NCBI GenBank assembly: GCA_042216015.1
Contig: JBDGUI010000050.1
Coordinates: forward strand, 1-20,040
Source: Halodesulfurarchaeum sp.
GTDB lineage: Archaea; Halobacteriota; Halobacteria; Halobacteriales; Halobacteriaceae
Direction: 5' to 3'
DNA: 20,040 nucleotides
The position numbers and the translations under genes are program-made. Numbering within the stretch: position 1 is the first letter of the stretch; each line of letters begins with the position of its first letter. The notes under the pieces were generated by a model. It saw nothing but the letters and a program-made list of their open reading frames with translations. It did not search any database and had not been told where the DNA came from. Below are positions 8,408-17,460 of this stretch, piece after piece.

Positions 8408-8825
8408 TCGACGCCACCCGAAACCCGACGAGGCGGAGGTCGAGACGCACCAGTGCGAACAGCACCGCAGCCTCGACCAGATCGCCTTCGACGAGGGCAA
8501 ATCGCGCGCCGAAGAGAACCTTCGGAATCGGCGCGGATCCCTCCGGTGAGAGGACGAGGACGTCGAACACGGTGACCGCGAGTGGGCGGTCGGGGAGCAC
8601 CTCGTGCTCGAACAGGAGTTGGGGGGCAGCCTTCGAGGCCGTTTCCGTCCCCCGATCCCAACTGGACCTGCTCGGCACTCGACCGTCCGCGCCTCCTCGA
8701 TCGACCGTCCCCCTCGGACGATCGCATCAGACTCCCGCGATTTTTGCTGCGCTAATGGGACGGTTTTACAGAAAGGAACGGCAAATCGGTTTCTCTCGGG
8801 AGTTGGGGTTCGACCCCGTGACCGT

Positions 8826-10175
8826 TCACAGCGTGCCCAGATACTCGGCGAACGAGCCGGTCAGGAAGTCGAGGTACCCGGTGATTCCGAGATACAGCGA
8901 GACCAGGAGGACCAGCACGACCGGCACCCGGACCATCCAGATCCAGAGACTGCCGATCGACCCGAGGTCCCCGATGCCTTTCGAGAGTTCTTCGACGGCC
9001 TCCTCTGCGTGCAGCCAGGTGATGACGATCATGAGCAGGATGCCTCCCAGCACGAGCAGGATCTTGGCGGCGAAGCTGTCATACAGGGTGACGAAGATCG
9101 TGTTCACCGTCACCGGCACGCCGAGCAGGAAGATCGCCCCCCCGATGAGGCCCGTCGCCTTCGCCCGGTTCATGCCGTATTCGTCGATGGCGTAGGACAC
9201 GACGACCTCGATGAGGCTGATCGCCGAGGAGAGGGCGGCGATGGCCACCGTGAGGAAGAACAGGAGGCCAACGACTCGCCCGAACGGCAGGTCGCTGAGC
9301 GCCCGTGCGACGCTCACGAAGATCGCGCCCGCACCCGACGTCTTCGGATCCACGCCGGCGGAGAACAGGATCGGGAAGACGATGAGTCCGGTGAGAATCG
9401 AGACGCTGGTATTCAGCACGACGACACTCAGTCCGTCAAGCGCGAGGTTCTCGTCCGAACCCAGGTAGGACGCGTAGGTGATCATCACGCCCATCCCGAG
9501 TGAAAGCGTGAAGAACCCCTGGCCGGCCGCCGCCGGGACGAGACTCTTCCAGTGCTCGAGAATGTACTGGAAATTCGGCGAGAGGTAATACGCATAGGCC
9601 TCACCCGCGCCGCCGAGGCCGAAGGCATAGACGGCGAGGACACCGAAGATCACGAAGATCGCCGGCACCATCACCTTCACGCCGAGTTCGATCCCGCGCT
9701 GGACGCCCATCGCCACGATCGCGATCACGATGAGCATGAAGATCGCATGAAAGAGGAGGGTGTCCATGCCCGACGCGATCGAGACGAAGTACGCACCCGT
9801 GCTTTCAGCTTTCACGTACCCGCCCGTCACGCTGCCGACCACGTAGCGAAGCACCCATCCCCCGACGACGCTGTAGTACGAGAGGATGACGAAGCCGATC
9901 AGGACGAACAGCCCGCCGAGATAGGTCCAGGCGCCCCCCGCCCACTCGCGGATCCCCCCGACGGCGTTGAGTTCCGTCTTCCGTCCAACGACGAACTCCG
10001 CGAGCATGGCCGGGAACCCGATGAATACGACGAAGGCCAGATACATGACCATGAACGCCGCACCCCCCTCCTGGCTCACCTGGAAGGGGAACCGCCAGAT
10101 GTTGCCCAGGCCGATTGCACTTCCCACTGCCGCGAGGATGAATCCGATCCGTGTCCCCCATGTTTCTCGTGCCAT
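8826..10175 (-). CDS. Sodium-dependent transporter, neurotransmitter:sodium symporter (NSS/SNF, LeuT-like) family
   Basis: Start at MARETWGTRIGF (10175). Motifs GSAIGLGNIWRFP, GGAAF, SYYSVVGGW, GQGFFTLSLGMG, AALSSAIS. TTTTAA box (minus strand, ~10208-10203) upstream. Confidence 0.95.
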   Translation of the reverse strand: MARETWGTRIGFILAAVGSAIGLGNIWRFPFQVSQEGGAAFMVMYLAFVVFIGFPAMLAEFVVGRKTELNAVGGIREWAGGAWTYLGGLFVLIGFVILSYYSVVGGWVLRYVVGSVTGGYVKAESTGAYFVSIASGMDTLLFHAIFMLIVIAIVAMGVQRGIELGVKVMVPAIFVIFGVLAVYAFGLGGAGEAYAYYLSPNFQYILEHWKSLVPAAAGQGFFTLSLGMGVMITYASYLGSDENLALDGLSVVVLNTSVSILTGLIVFPILFSAGVDPKTSGAGAIFVSVARALSDLPFGRVVGLLFFLTVAIAALSSAISLIEVVVSYAIDEYGMNRAKATGLIGGAIFLLGVPVTVNTIFVTLYDSFAAKILLVLGGILLMIVITWLHAEEAVEELSKGIGDLGSIGSLWIWMVRVPVVLVLLVSLYLGITGYLDFLTGSFAEYLGTL

Positions 10176-10329
10176 GTATTCGATCTTCACGAGGAAGGGG
10201 ACTTAAAACAACTGGTATTGGCAGAATTTTGCAAACCGGCATTCGAGCCTGCATTCTCTCGATAATCGCCGATGTATCGCCACAGAAGTGTCCACACTAC
10301 CCCGAAAAATCTATCGGTCGTACACACGG

Positions 10330-11382
10330 TCAGTCTTCGGCAGCCCCCACCGGTTCGTGACTGAGGCGGTATCCCGATGGGATTCGCCCGACATCCTCGA
10401 TTCCGTAGAGCCGGATTTCTCGCTCCCGTTTCGTCGTGACCGGGACGTCATAGTGCTCGGCGGTGTGGTCGAATTCGCGGCCATCGCTGCGGGCCTCTTC
10501 GACGAACGCCCGATGGCTCTTCAGGCGGCGTTCGACCACCTGCCTGGCGATTTCGGGCACTTCTGCCACGTTTCGATCGAATTCGTCGACGAACTCCGCT
10601 TCGAGCTCGCACCCGATGGAGTTCCGTGCGGCCACCATTGCCGCCAGTGTCGTGGTTCCGGTCCCCCAGAAGGGGTCAAGCACTGTGTCGCCATATACGC
10701 TGTACATGTTGATGAGTCGATACGGGACCCCGAAAGGATAGGCCCCCGAGCGGTCCCGTACCTCCCCGTTCTCGAGGGTCTGTCCCTCGCCCCGCAGGTC
10801 CTCCCAGACGTCGGAGAACCACCGGTTTCGCTCCTCCCAGAAGTACGCCGCCTCGTAGCGGTCGGGTTCGCCCGGCTCGAAGTCCCGCTTCTCGGGGCCG
10901 TTCCGGAAGACGAGGATGTACTCGTGCTCGAGCGTGACGTACGCGTTTGGCGGGATGGTCCCCGACCCCAGGAACTTCGTTCCCGAGTTGGTGGGCTTTC
11001 GCCACAGGATCTCCGGGAGCGGCTCGAACCCGAGGGACTCGAGGGTCTCGATCAGCCGGGCGTGATTCTGGTAGACCCGGAAACTGCCGTCGACCGTTCG
11101 CGTCGCGTCTCCCACGTTGATGCAGGCAACTCCCCCGTCGACGAGTACGCGTTCGAGCTCCGCCCAGACCGGCTCGAGGGCCCCGTGCATCAACTCGAAC
11201 GCGCCCGGTCCGTCTCCGGCCTCGAGGCGCTCACCGATGGCGGGATCGAGTTCTGTGAAGAGCTCATCCCACATCTCGATCATCGGATATGGCGGCGAGG
11301 TGACCACGAGTTCGACCGAGTCGTCCTCGATTGCATCCAGGGATCTCGCGTCCCCGACGATCACGCGATGTCGCGTCTCCAT
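10330..11382 (-). CDS. Site-specific DNA amino-methyltransferase, beta class, probably N4-cytosine; orphan
   Basis: Catalytic LVVTSPPY near the N-terminus precedes SAM-binding VLDPFWGTGTT (beta order). No restriction endonuclease gene is adjacent. Confidence 0.92.
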   Translation of the reverse strand: METRHRVIVGDARSLDAIEDDSVELVVTSPPYPMIEMWDELFTELDPAIGERLEAGDGPGAFELMHGALEPVWAELERVLVDGGVACINVGDATRTVDGSFRVYQNHARLIETLESLGFEPLPEILWRKPTNSGTKFLGSGTIPPNAYVTLEHEYILVFRNGPEKRDFEPGEPDRYEAAYFWEERNRWFSDVWEDLRGEGQTLENGEVRDRSGAYPFGVPYRLINMYSVYGDTVLDPFWGTGTTTLAAMVAARNSIGCELEAEFVDEFDRNVAEVPEIARQVVERRLKSHRAFVEEARSDGREFDHTAEHYDVPVTTKREREIRLYGIEDVGRIPSGYRLSHEPVGAAED

Positions 11383-11492
11383 TCGTCCGGGCTTCGATGG
11401 CGGGGGTAATGTGGGTTGTTGTCCGGGCGGCGGTTGGCGAAGGTCTCACCCGAGAACACGGCGACACGTGGGCAGGCCCGGCCCGTGAATGG

Positions 11493-13382
11493 TCACTCGT
11501 GGGGGTGCAACCACTGCACGGCCTCTTTCACCTCGCCCCGCGGGCCGATGATCGTGAGGTGATCACCGTATTCGATGGTCATCTCGCCCGTCGGCACGGT
11601 GTTTTCCCCATTGCGGGTGACGAGCGCGATTATACAGCCCTCGGGAAGGTCCGGGTTGATGTCGGTGACGGTTCGACCGACCAGATCCTCGTCGGTCACC
11701 TCGACCTCCTGGACGTCTCCGGTCCGGCCGAGTTCGCTCATCCACTTCGAGAGCGCCGGCCGCTCAACGAGGTTGTCGATGGCCCAGGCCGTGGCCGTCG
11801 AGGCGGAGACCGCCTCGACTCCGAGCTGCTCGAAGGCCTCCCGGTTGTCCGGCTTGTTCACCCGGGCAATGACGTCCTCGGTCTCGAACTTCGCCCGGAC
11901 CAGTTGCACGACGAGGAGGTTGGTGTCGTCGTCCCCGGTCGCCGCGATGACGGTCTTGGCGCTCTCGGCGCCGGCTGCCCTGAGGTCCTCCATGTCGGTG
12001 CCGTTGCTGGTTCGAACGGTGAATCCCTCCGCTCGCCGCTGTTTGGCGACTTCCTCGTCCCGTTCCACGATGACGACGTTTTCGCCCCGGTCCTCGAGTC
12101 GTTCCGCGAGTTCTTTCCCCACTCTGCCACCGCCGATTACGAGTACGCGCATTGGTATCACGTCGAGTGCTTCGGCTATCTGTCTCGCGAATCCTCCTTG
12201 GAAAATCACGGTGAGGAAGATCACGAGGAAGACGGTTCCCGCGAGAATGCTCGCCCCCTCCGGATTCGAGGGCGGTGCCGGTGTCTGGAGCTGTATCGCA
12301 AAGAGGGTCGCCACGCTTGCGGGGATGATCCCTCGCGGTCCGACCAGTCCCATGAAGAGTCGCTCCTGCAGGGTGAACTGGTCGCCGAACGTCGAAACGA
12401 AGACGAGAACCGGTCGCACCACGAGGGTGATCACAAAGACCAGCAGGAGTCCACCGAGACCGAGCGCGATGAGTTCCTCGAACTCGATCAGGGTCGCGAG
12501 CGCGATGAAGACGAACGAGAGCACCAGAAGGGTGATGTCGCCTTTGAACTCCTTGATGGTCCGCTCGAACGGGAGATCGACGTTCCCGAGGATCACCCCT
12601 GCGACGGCGACGGCTGCGACCCCCGACTCCGTCGCGACGGTGTCCGCGAGACTGAACGCCAGTAACGCCCCGGCGAGGGTCATGAGCCGGGCGTTCTGTG
12701 GCGTCCAGCCCGACGGCAATTCGACCTGCGTGAGCAGGAACCAGAGCATCGCGGCCACGGCCACGCCGAAGAACATGCCGATACTCAGGCGCTCGATGAA
12801 CTCGACGAGGTAGGTGCTTGCCGCCACCTCCGTAGCGGCGAGCAGCTTGAACACGACCACCGAGAAAATGGCCGCGGTGACGTCGTTCACGATTCCCTCG
12901 GTCTCCAGCGCGGCGGCCACGTGGTCCCTGACTGGAACGATGTCGAGAATCGGTGTCACGACCGTCGGGCCCGTCGCGATGAGCAGCGACCCGATGAGCG
13001 CGGCGATTCCCCAATCGGCCCCGAGCAGAAAATGGGCGGCGACGGTGGTTCCGACGAAGGAGATGAGTGCCCCGACGCTGACGAGATACAGGGCCGCAGA
13101 GCGCGCCTCGTGGATCTTCTCGCGATCGAGGTGAAAGGCGCCCTCGAACACGATGATCGCGACGCTCAATCCGACGATGGTCGACAGCGCGTCACCGAAC
13201 ACCTCCCGAGTGACCAGTCCCAACCCCTCCGGACCGACGGCGACCCCGGTGAGGATGAGAAACAACACACTCGGGACCCGGAACCGGTCGGCGAGGATCT
13301 GTGCTCCGACCCCGAGCGTGATGATCACGGCGGTGATCATCAACACGTTGGTGCCCGGGGTAACGGCGGCCGCGACGATCAT
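11493..13382 (-). CDS. Cation:proton antiporter (CPA1/NhaP type) fused to TrkA-N and TrkA-C (RCK) domains
   Basis: About 12-13 hydrophobic segments with ATGPTV, ETEGIVND and GPRGIIPAS, then RVLVIGGGRVG and an RCK_C tail. Start chosen at ATG 13382 after a GGAGGGGG SD-like sequence; exact start uncertain. Confidence 0.92.
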   Translation of the reverse strand: MIVAAAVTPGTNVLMITAVIITLGVGAQILADRFRVPSVLFLILTGVAVGPEGLGLVTREVFGDALSTIVGLSVAIIVFEGAFHLDREKIHEARSAALYLVSVGALISFVGTTVAAHFLLGADWGIAALIGSLLIATGPTVVTPILDIVPVRDHVAAALETEGIVNDVTAAIFSVVVFKLLAATEVAASTYLVEFIERLSIGMFFGVAVAAMLWFLLTQVELPSGWTPQNARLMTLAGALLAFSLADTVATESGVAAVAVAGVILGNVDLPFERTIKEFKGDITLLVLSFVFIALATLIEFEELIALGLGGLLLVFVITLVVRPVLVFVSTFGDQFTLQERLFMGLVGPRGIIPASVATLFAIQLQTPAPPSNPEGASILAGTVFLVIFLTVIFQGGFARQIAEALDVIPMRVLVIGGGRVGKELAERLEDRGENVVIVERDEEVAKQRRAEGFTVRTSNGTDMEDLRAAGAESAKTVIAATGDDDTNLLVVQLVRAKFETEDVIARVNKPDNREAFEQLGVEAVSASTATAWAIDNLVERPALSKWMSELGRTGDVQEVEVTDEDLVGRTVTDINPDLPEGCIIALVTRNGENTVPTGEMTIEYGDHLTIIGPRGEVKEAVQWLHPHE

Positions 13383-13646
13383 CGCCCCCTCCGAATTCGC
13401 CAGCCACTCGGCTGCATCCGTCCCATCACGTGCCCGTTCTTTCCTGAGATACAAATAGCTTCCAACCGCGGAAATCGAGCCCGGTCCCGCAATCCGGACG
13501 GAATCAGGACGATCTCGTCGATGTTGGTGATTGACAGCCCCTATTTCGTCCGACGGGTTTCCGGGGGAAGCGTGAACCGATCAGGGGCCGTGATGGCGAC
13601 GGCAGCCGGTTTTTTGCCGATCCCACCCCAAGATGACGCCCGAGGT

Positions 13647-14099
13647 ATGTCACTCGAATTGAACAGCCCTGCATTCGGTGACGGCGAACGGATCCCCGAG
13701 AAATACGGCTACACCGCTGCCAACGTGAACCCGCCACTCTCGATCGCGGGACAGCCCCCCGGGACCGAAGCGCTGGCCCTCGTCGTCGACGATCCGGACG
13801 CAGTGGAGCCGGCCGGGAAGGTCTGGGACCATTGGCTCGTCTGGAACATCGATCCGACCCGCGAGACCATCCCGGAGGACTGGGACGCTACGAGTGCGAT
13901 CGAGGGTCGAAACGACTACGGCGAATCCGGCTACGGCGGTCCAAACCCACCGGATCGCGAGCACACCTACCGCTTCCGTGTCTATGCCCTCGATACCACC
14001 CTCGACCTGGCCGCTGGCGCGCGGAAAGCGACCCTCGAATCGGCGATGGAGGGCCACGTACTCGACGAGGTACTCCTCGAGGGAACGTTTGTGCCGTAA
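13647..14099 (+). CDS. YbhB/YbcL family Raf kinase inhibitor-like (PEBP) protein
   Basis: Start at MSLELNSPAF (13647). Motifs NPPL, VVDDPDA, WDHWLVWNI, YGGPNPP, HTYRFRVYALD. Confidence 0.93.
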   Translation: MSLELNSPAFGDGERIPEKYGYTAANVNPPLSIAGQPPGTEALALVVDDPDAVEPAGKVWDHWLVWNIDPTRETIPEDWDATSAIEGRNDYGESGYGGPNPPDREHTYRFRVYALDTTLDLAAGARKATLESAMEGHVLDEVLLEGTFVP

Positions 14100-14116
14100 T
14101 CGCTCGATTCGGCGGC

Positions 14117-14806
14117 CTACAACAGCCGTCGGACCTGCCCCTCTGCCTCGTCGGGAACGCGCTCGCGGAGGGTCGCGGGATCGGTCTGGCCGTCGACATT
14201 GATTAGATACGTTCGGCCCGGGATCGACCCGTACACCCCCTGAAAGTCATAGACGAACCCGAAGACGGAGACCGATTCGGGGACCTCCCCGCGTTCGATC
14301 AGGAACTGGACCTGTCGGTCGACGTTGTACTCCACGAGCTGGTCGACGAGGCTCGCGTCTCGGGTCGGATCGACCCGCTCGTCCGCGAGACCCGCTTCGA
14401 TCACCGGCGAGAGCGCCTCGACCCACTTTTCGATCCCCGGCGGGTACTCGGTGTCACCCCCTTCGACGGCCTCGAGGGCCGCGGTGATCGCCCCACAGCC
14501 GGTGTGGCCGACCACGACCGCCACCTCGGTCCCGGTCTCCACGAGGGGGTACAGCACGCTGCCGTCCACGACCCGCTCGCCGTCGTGGCGGTCCCAGACC
14601 TGGTTGCCGATCGTGCTCGGCGTGAAGAGCCATCCCGGCTCCGAGACGTCGAACATGCCTTCCTGGGAAACTCGCGAATCGGCACAGGACACAGACACCG
14701 CGGCTGGCTTCTGGCCACCCTGAACCTCCGTGAAAGCCCCCGTCTCGAGCGTGTCTGTGTGACGGCGATTGCGTTCGAGAAGGGTTGCAAGTGTGGTGTC
14801 GGGCAT
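14117..14806 (-). CDS. Beta-class carbonic anhydrase
   Basis: Start at MPDTTLATLLERN (14806). Zinc ligands in CADSRV and GHTGCGAI; also Q-x-P and FVYD...G motifs. Confidence 0.9.
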   Translation of the reverse strand: MPDTTLATLLERNRRHTDTLETGAFTEVQGGQKPAAVSVSCADSRVSQEGMFDVSEPGWLFTPSTIGNQVWDRHDGERVVDGSVLYPLVETGTEVAVVVGHTGCGAITAALEAVEGGDTEYPPGIEKWVEALSPVIEAGLADERVDPTRDASLVDQLVEYNVDRQVQFLIERGEVPESVSVFGFVYDFQGVYGSIPGRTYLINVDGQTDPATLRERVPDEAEGQVRRLL

Positions 14807-14932
14807 GCGACTTTCTCGGCGGTGGAGTGACTTGTAGCTCCGGGCTTCGGACAGACCTGCTTCGGGGTCGCCCGAGTGGTGGAGGAACTGGTTCGGCGTC
14901 CGGCTTATCCCGCTCCCGCTCACAATCGAGGT

Positions 14933-15271
14933 ATGGATCCCACCGAGGACCAGATCGACCAGTTGGTCGGCGAGGTGTTCGGCGTTTCCGACCTCATCGG
15001 CTACCAGGACGGGGCGATCGTCAGCCGGACGCTCGTCAACCGGGACGACGTGACGGTGACGGTTTTCGCCGTGGACGCTGGCCAGTCGATCAGCGAGCAC
15101 ACCTCACAGCACGACGCCATCCTCCACGTGCTGGATGGCACCGCGACCGTGCGAATCGACGAGTCTGAATACGAGGTCGGTACCGGGGAGGGGCTGGTGT
15201 TCCCATCGGGGGTTCCACACGCCCTCCGCGGCGAGGACCGGTTCAAGATGCTGTTGACGATGATCAAGTGA
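14933..15271 (+). CDS. Cupin domain protein
   Basis: Start at MDPTEDQ (14933). Motifs GAIVSRTL, AGQSISEHTS...LHVLDG and PSGVPHAL. Confidence 0.88.
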   Translation: MDPTEDQIDQLVGEVFGVSDLIGYQDGAIVSRTLVNRDDVTVTVFAVDAGQSISEHTSQHDAILHVLDGTATVRIDESEYEVGTGEGLVFPSGVPHALRGEDRFKMLLTMIK

Positions 15272-15349
15272 CCGAACGGACCGGGACACTCGAGACGACG
15301 GGAAAGCCTGCTCAGCACTAAGCGGCTGGAATCCCAACGGCAATCTGGC

Positions 15350-15787
15350 ATGGCCGAACGTGGCAGGCTTCGGGATACCTACGCGGCGGCCCTTCAACAC
15401 GACCTGGTCGATCTGGACGGGGACGAGGTGCGGATCGGGGTGGTCCGACGGCCACTTCCGTGGCTTTTGGGACAGGTCGACGAGAACCGTTCCGCGCTTG
15501 GCCCGCCGCCGGCGTTGCTCGATGCGGTCAAGCAGCGTCACGAGGAATTACAGGAACAGGGGGTGCCGGATGCCGAGGCCCACAACCGGGCACTCGAAGC
15601 CGTCGACTACCGGGAGCGGTACCTCGAGCACCTGCAGAACTCGCCCGCCGCCCAGGAGGAAATTGCGGACATCGAGGAGGTGCTCGACTCGGGAACGGAC
15701 GTCGTCCTCGTGTGTTATGAGAACACCGAGGAGAAACGGTGTCACCGGACGATCTTGCGGGACTACATCGAGGGGTCCGATCCCTGA
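15350..15787 (+). CDS. DUF488 family protein
   Basis: GVVRRP...LGPP...LL, YRERYLEHL and C-terminal LVCYE...CHRTIL signature. Confidence 0.82.
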   Translation: MAERGRLRDTYAAALQHDLVDLDGDEVRIGVVRRPLPWLLGQVDENRSALGPPPALLDAVKQRHEELQEQGVPDAEAHNRALEAVDYRERYLEHLQNSPAAQEEIADIEEVLDSGTDVVLVCYENTEEKRCHRTILRDYIEGSDP

Positions 15788-15849
15788 CTGTCCGTTTGTC
15801 GAAACGGTCTCCGAATCGTTTCGGTAACTCGAGTCCCGCCGGGCATTCC

Positions 15850-15936
15850 TCCCGACGGACTTTCGACACGCTATTTTTCCGCAACCGACTCTCGACACGA
15901 CACGTCTCCGCAACAGACTTCCGACGCGACACTGTT
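15850..15936. repeat. Three degenerate 29-bp tandem repeats
   Basis: tcccgacggactttcgacacgctattttt / ccgcaaccgactctcgacacgacacgtct / ccgcaacagacttccgacgcgacactgtt. GACT cores at 15858, 15887 and 15916. Confidence 0.8.
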
Positions 15937-15961
15937 TCGGCCCGGTGCTTGATTTGGGCCA

Positions 15962-16693
15962 TCAACCCAGTCGCATTTCTCGGTAGAACGCGCCAGTGGC
16001 GAGAATGACCAATACCCCGAGATAGAGGACCGACATCCCGACGGGTTCGATCTGGACGTGCTTCGCAAATCCGGCCTGCATCACGATTCTGAGGGGGTAA
16101 TGTCCTGGAAGCAGTTTCGCGGCAGTCGGTGGGTCCACCGCCAGCGGATTCTGGAAGATGAACAGGTCGATCATCGAACCGAACAGGATCAGGTACACCC
16201 CGGGAAGCCGATCGAAGATGACTCCCGCGATGACTCCCACCATGCCGTATACGAGCGCCACGAGACCCGTTCCGAGAGCGAACCACCCGAGATGGTCCGG
16301 GATGAAGGCCGTGAGCATCACCCCGATCGAGATGGCCGAAGCGACGGTTGCGACACCGATGAGGATGCCAAGACGGGCAATGACGAGCTGACCGGTTCGG
16401 AATCCAGCGAGTACCAGTCGGGAATCTGCTGCCGCTGCGGTCTGCATCAGGAAGAGGCCGGTAATTCCCGCGAGGAGGGCCGCAGTCATGGGCGTGGTAA
16501 AGGCGGGGAACGCTCTCGGGAGGGTCGTTCGGATGGTCTGCTCGCCAATGTGAACGATTGCCGGACCCTCGGGTGCGACCATGGTGAACACGAATATGAC
16601 GTACCCCGGGGCGACGACGAGAAGCGCAAGCAAGAGCGGCGTTCGCTCCAGCTCGCGGGCTCCGCTCCGGAGGGCCGTCCCAATCCGGGTCAT
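15962..16693 (-). CDS. ABC-2 type exporter permease
   Basis: About 6 TM segments, RELERTP start, DSRLVLAGF loop, LLPGHY motif. ATGA overlap with the upstream permease. Confidence 0.85.
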   Translation of the reverse strand: MTRIGTALRSGARELERTPLLLALLVVAPGYVIFVFTMVAPEGPAIVHIGEQTIRTTLPRAFPAFTTPMTAALLAGITGLFLMQTAAAADSRLVLAGFRTGQLVIARLGILIGVATVASAISIGVMLTAFIPDHLGWFALGTGLVALVYGMVGVIAGVIFDRLPGVYLILFGSMIDLFIFQNPLAVDPPTAAKLLPGHYPLRIVMQAGFAKHVQIEPVGMSVLYLGVLVILATGAFYREMRLG

Positions 16694-17460
16694 GGTGACT
16701 CACCCCGTCGACTCACACGTTCTCCTGCCACCTGCCCGTACGCCACGAATGCAAACGCGAGCAATCCAAGGATCCAGGCGACCGTGGGGGCGAGGTGGAC
16801 AATCGTCAGTTTACCGCCCAACACGGCGGCAGAGAAGAGTTCGTGGGGATGATAGAGGGGAACCAGATTGGTCACATCGATCGAACCGATGCCCGGCAGT
16901 GACACGACGGCCTCAATCGGGAACAGGCCGGATGAGAGGGCATTGTCAATGTCGGCGAGGAAGACGAGGACGATCGATCCCTCCAGTTCGCGGGGAACGA
17001 GCGTCCCGACGACGACACCGAGGAACCCGTACACGACGGCCGCGAGGAACAGGACGCCGAACGCGAGGGCGGGGGCTGTTACGGTCACTCGCGACGAGAA
17101 CGCGAGGAACGCGATGCCCGTGGCGAGGACTGCGACGACGAGCATCGACACGATCCGGGATGCCAGCAATACACCCCTGGGGAAGCCGGCGATTGTTGCT
17201 CGTTCGTCCCCATTTCTGGCGCTAATGACCTGGAAGAGACCGATCAGTCCGGCCAGGAAGGCGACTGCAAAGAGCGCTCCCGTCATCCGCCCCGCGGTCG
17301 CTGGATCCGCCCCAAGCGATGGGAGCTGGGGAAAGGATTCCACCGCAACACCGTACATCTCGATGACCAGCGGCGGCAGGAGGAGCAGCAAGGCGAGCGT
17401 GAGCGGTTGACGGGTTAGCTCTCTCAATCGCAGCCTTGTCCCGACGACGAGACGGGTCAT
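16690..17460 (-). CDS. ABC-2 type exporter permease
   Basis: About 6 TM segments, RELTRQPLTLALLLLLP, DERATIAGF, LVPLYHP. ATGA overlap with the ATPase gene. Confidence 0.85.
   Translation of the reverse strand: MTRLVVGTRLRLRELTRQPLTLALLLLLPPLVIEMYGVAVESFPQLPSLGADPATAGRMTGALFAVAFLAGLIGLFQVISARNGDERATIAGFPRGVLLASRIVSMLVVAVLATGIAFLAFSSRVTVTAPALAFGVLFLAAVVYGFLGVVVGTLVPRELEGSIVLVFLADIDNALSSGLFPIEAVVSLPGIGSIDVTNLVPLYHPHELFSAAVLGGKLTIVHLAPTVAWILGLLAFAFVAYGQVAGERVSRRGESP

Noticed and set aside
8805..8817. ggggttcgacccc resembling a tRNA T-arm
   Set aside because: No 5-bp stem with 7-nt loop geometry and no acceptor, D or anticodon arms. More likely a small hairpin after the NSS stop codon.
10330..11492. 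Restriction-modification system
   Set aside because: The methyltransferase is flanked by two transporters, with no endonuclease or specificity subunit.
11331..13014. Overlapping 412-444-aa ORFs across the antiporter gene
   Set aside because: Antisense or alternative-frame ORFs without motifs, typical of GC-rich genomes poor in stop codons.
15850..15936. 29-bp repeats as a CRISPR array
   Set aside because: Units are directly adjacent with no spacers and are degenerate, and no cas genes or leader are present.
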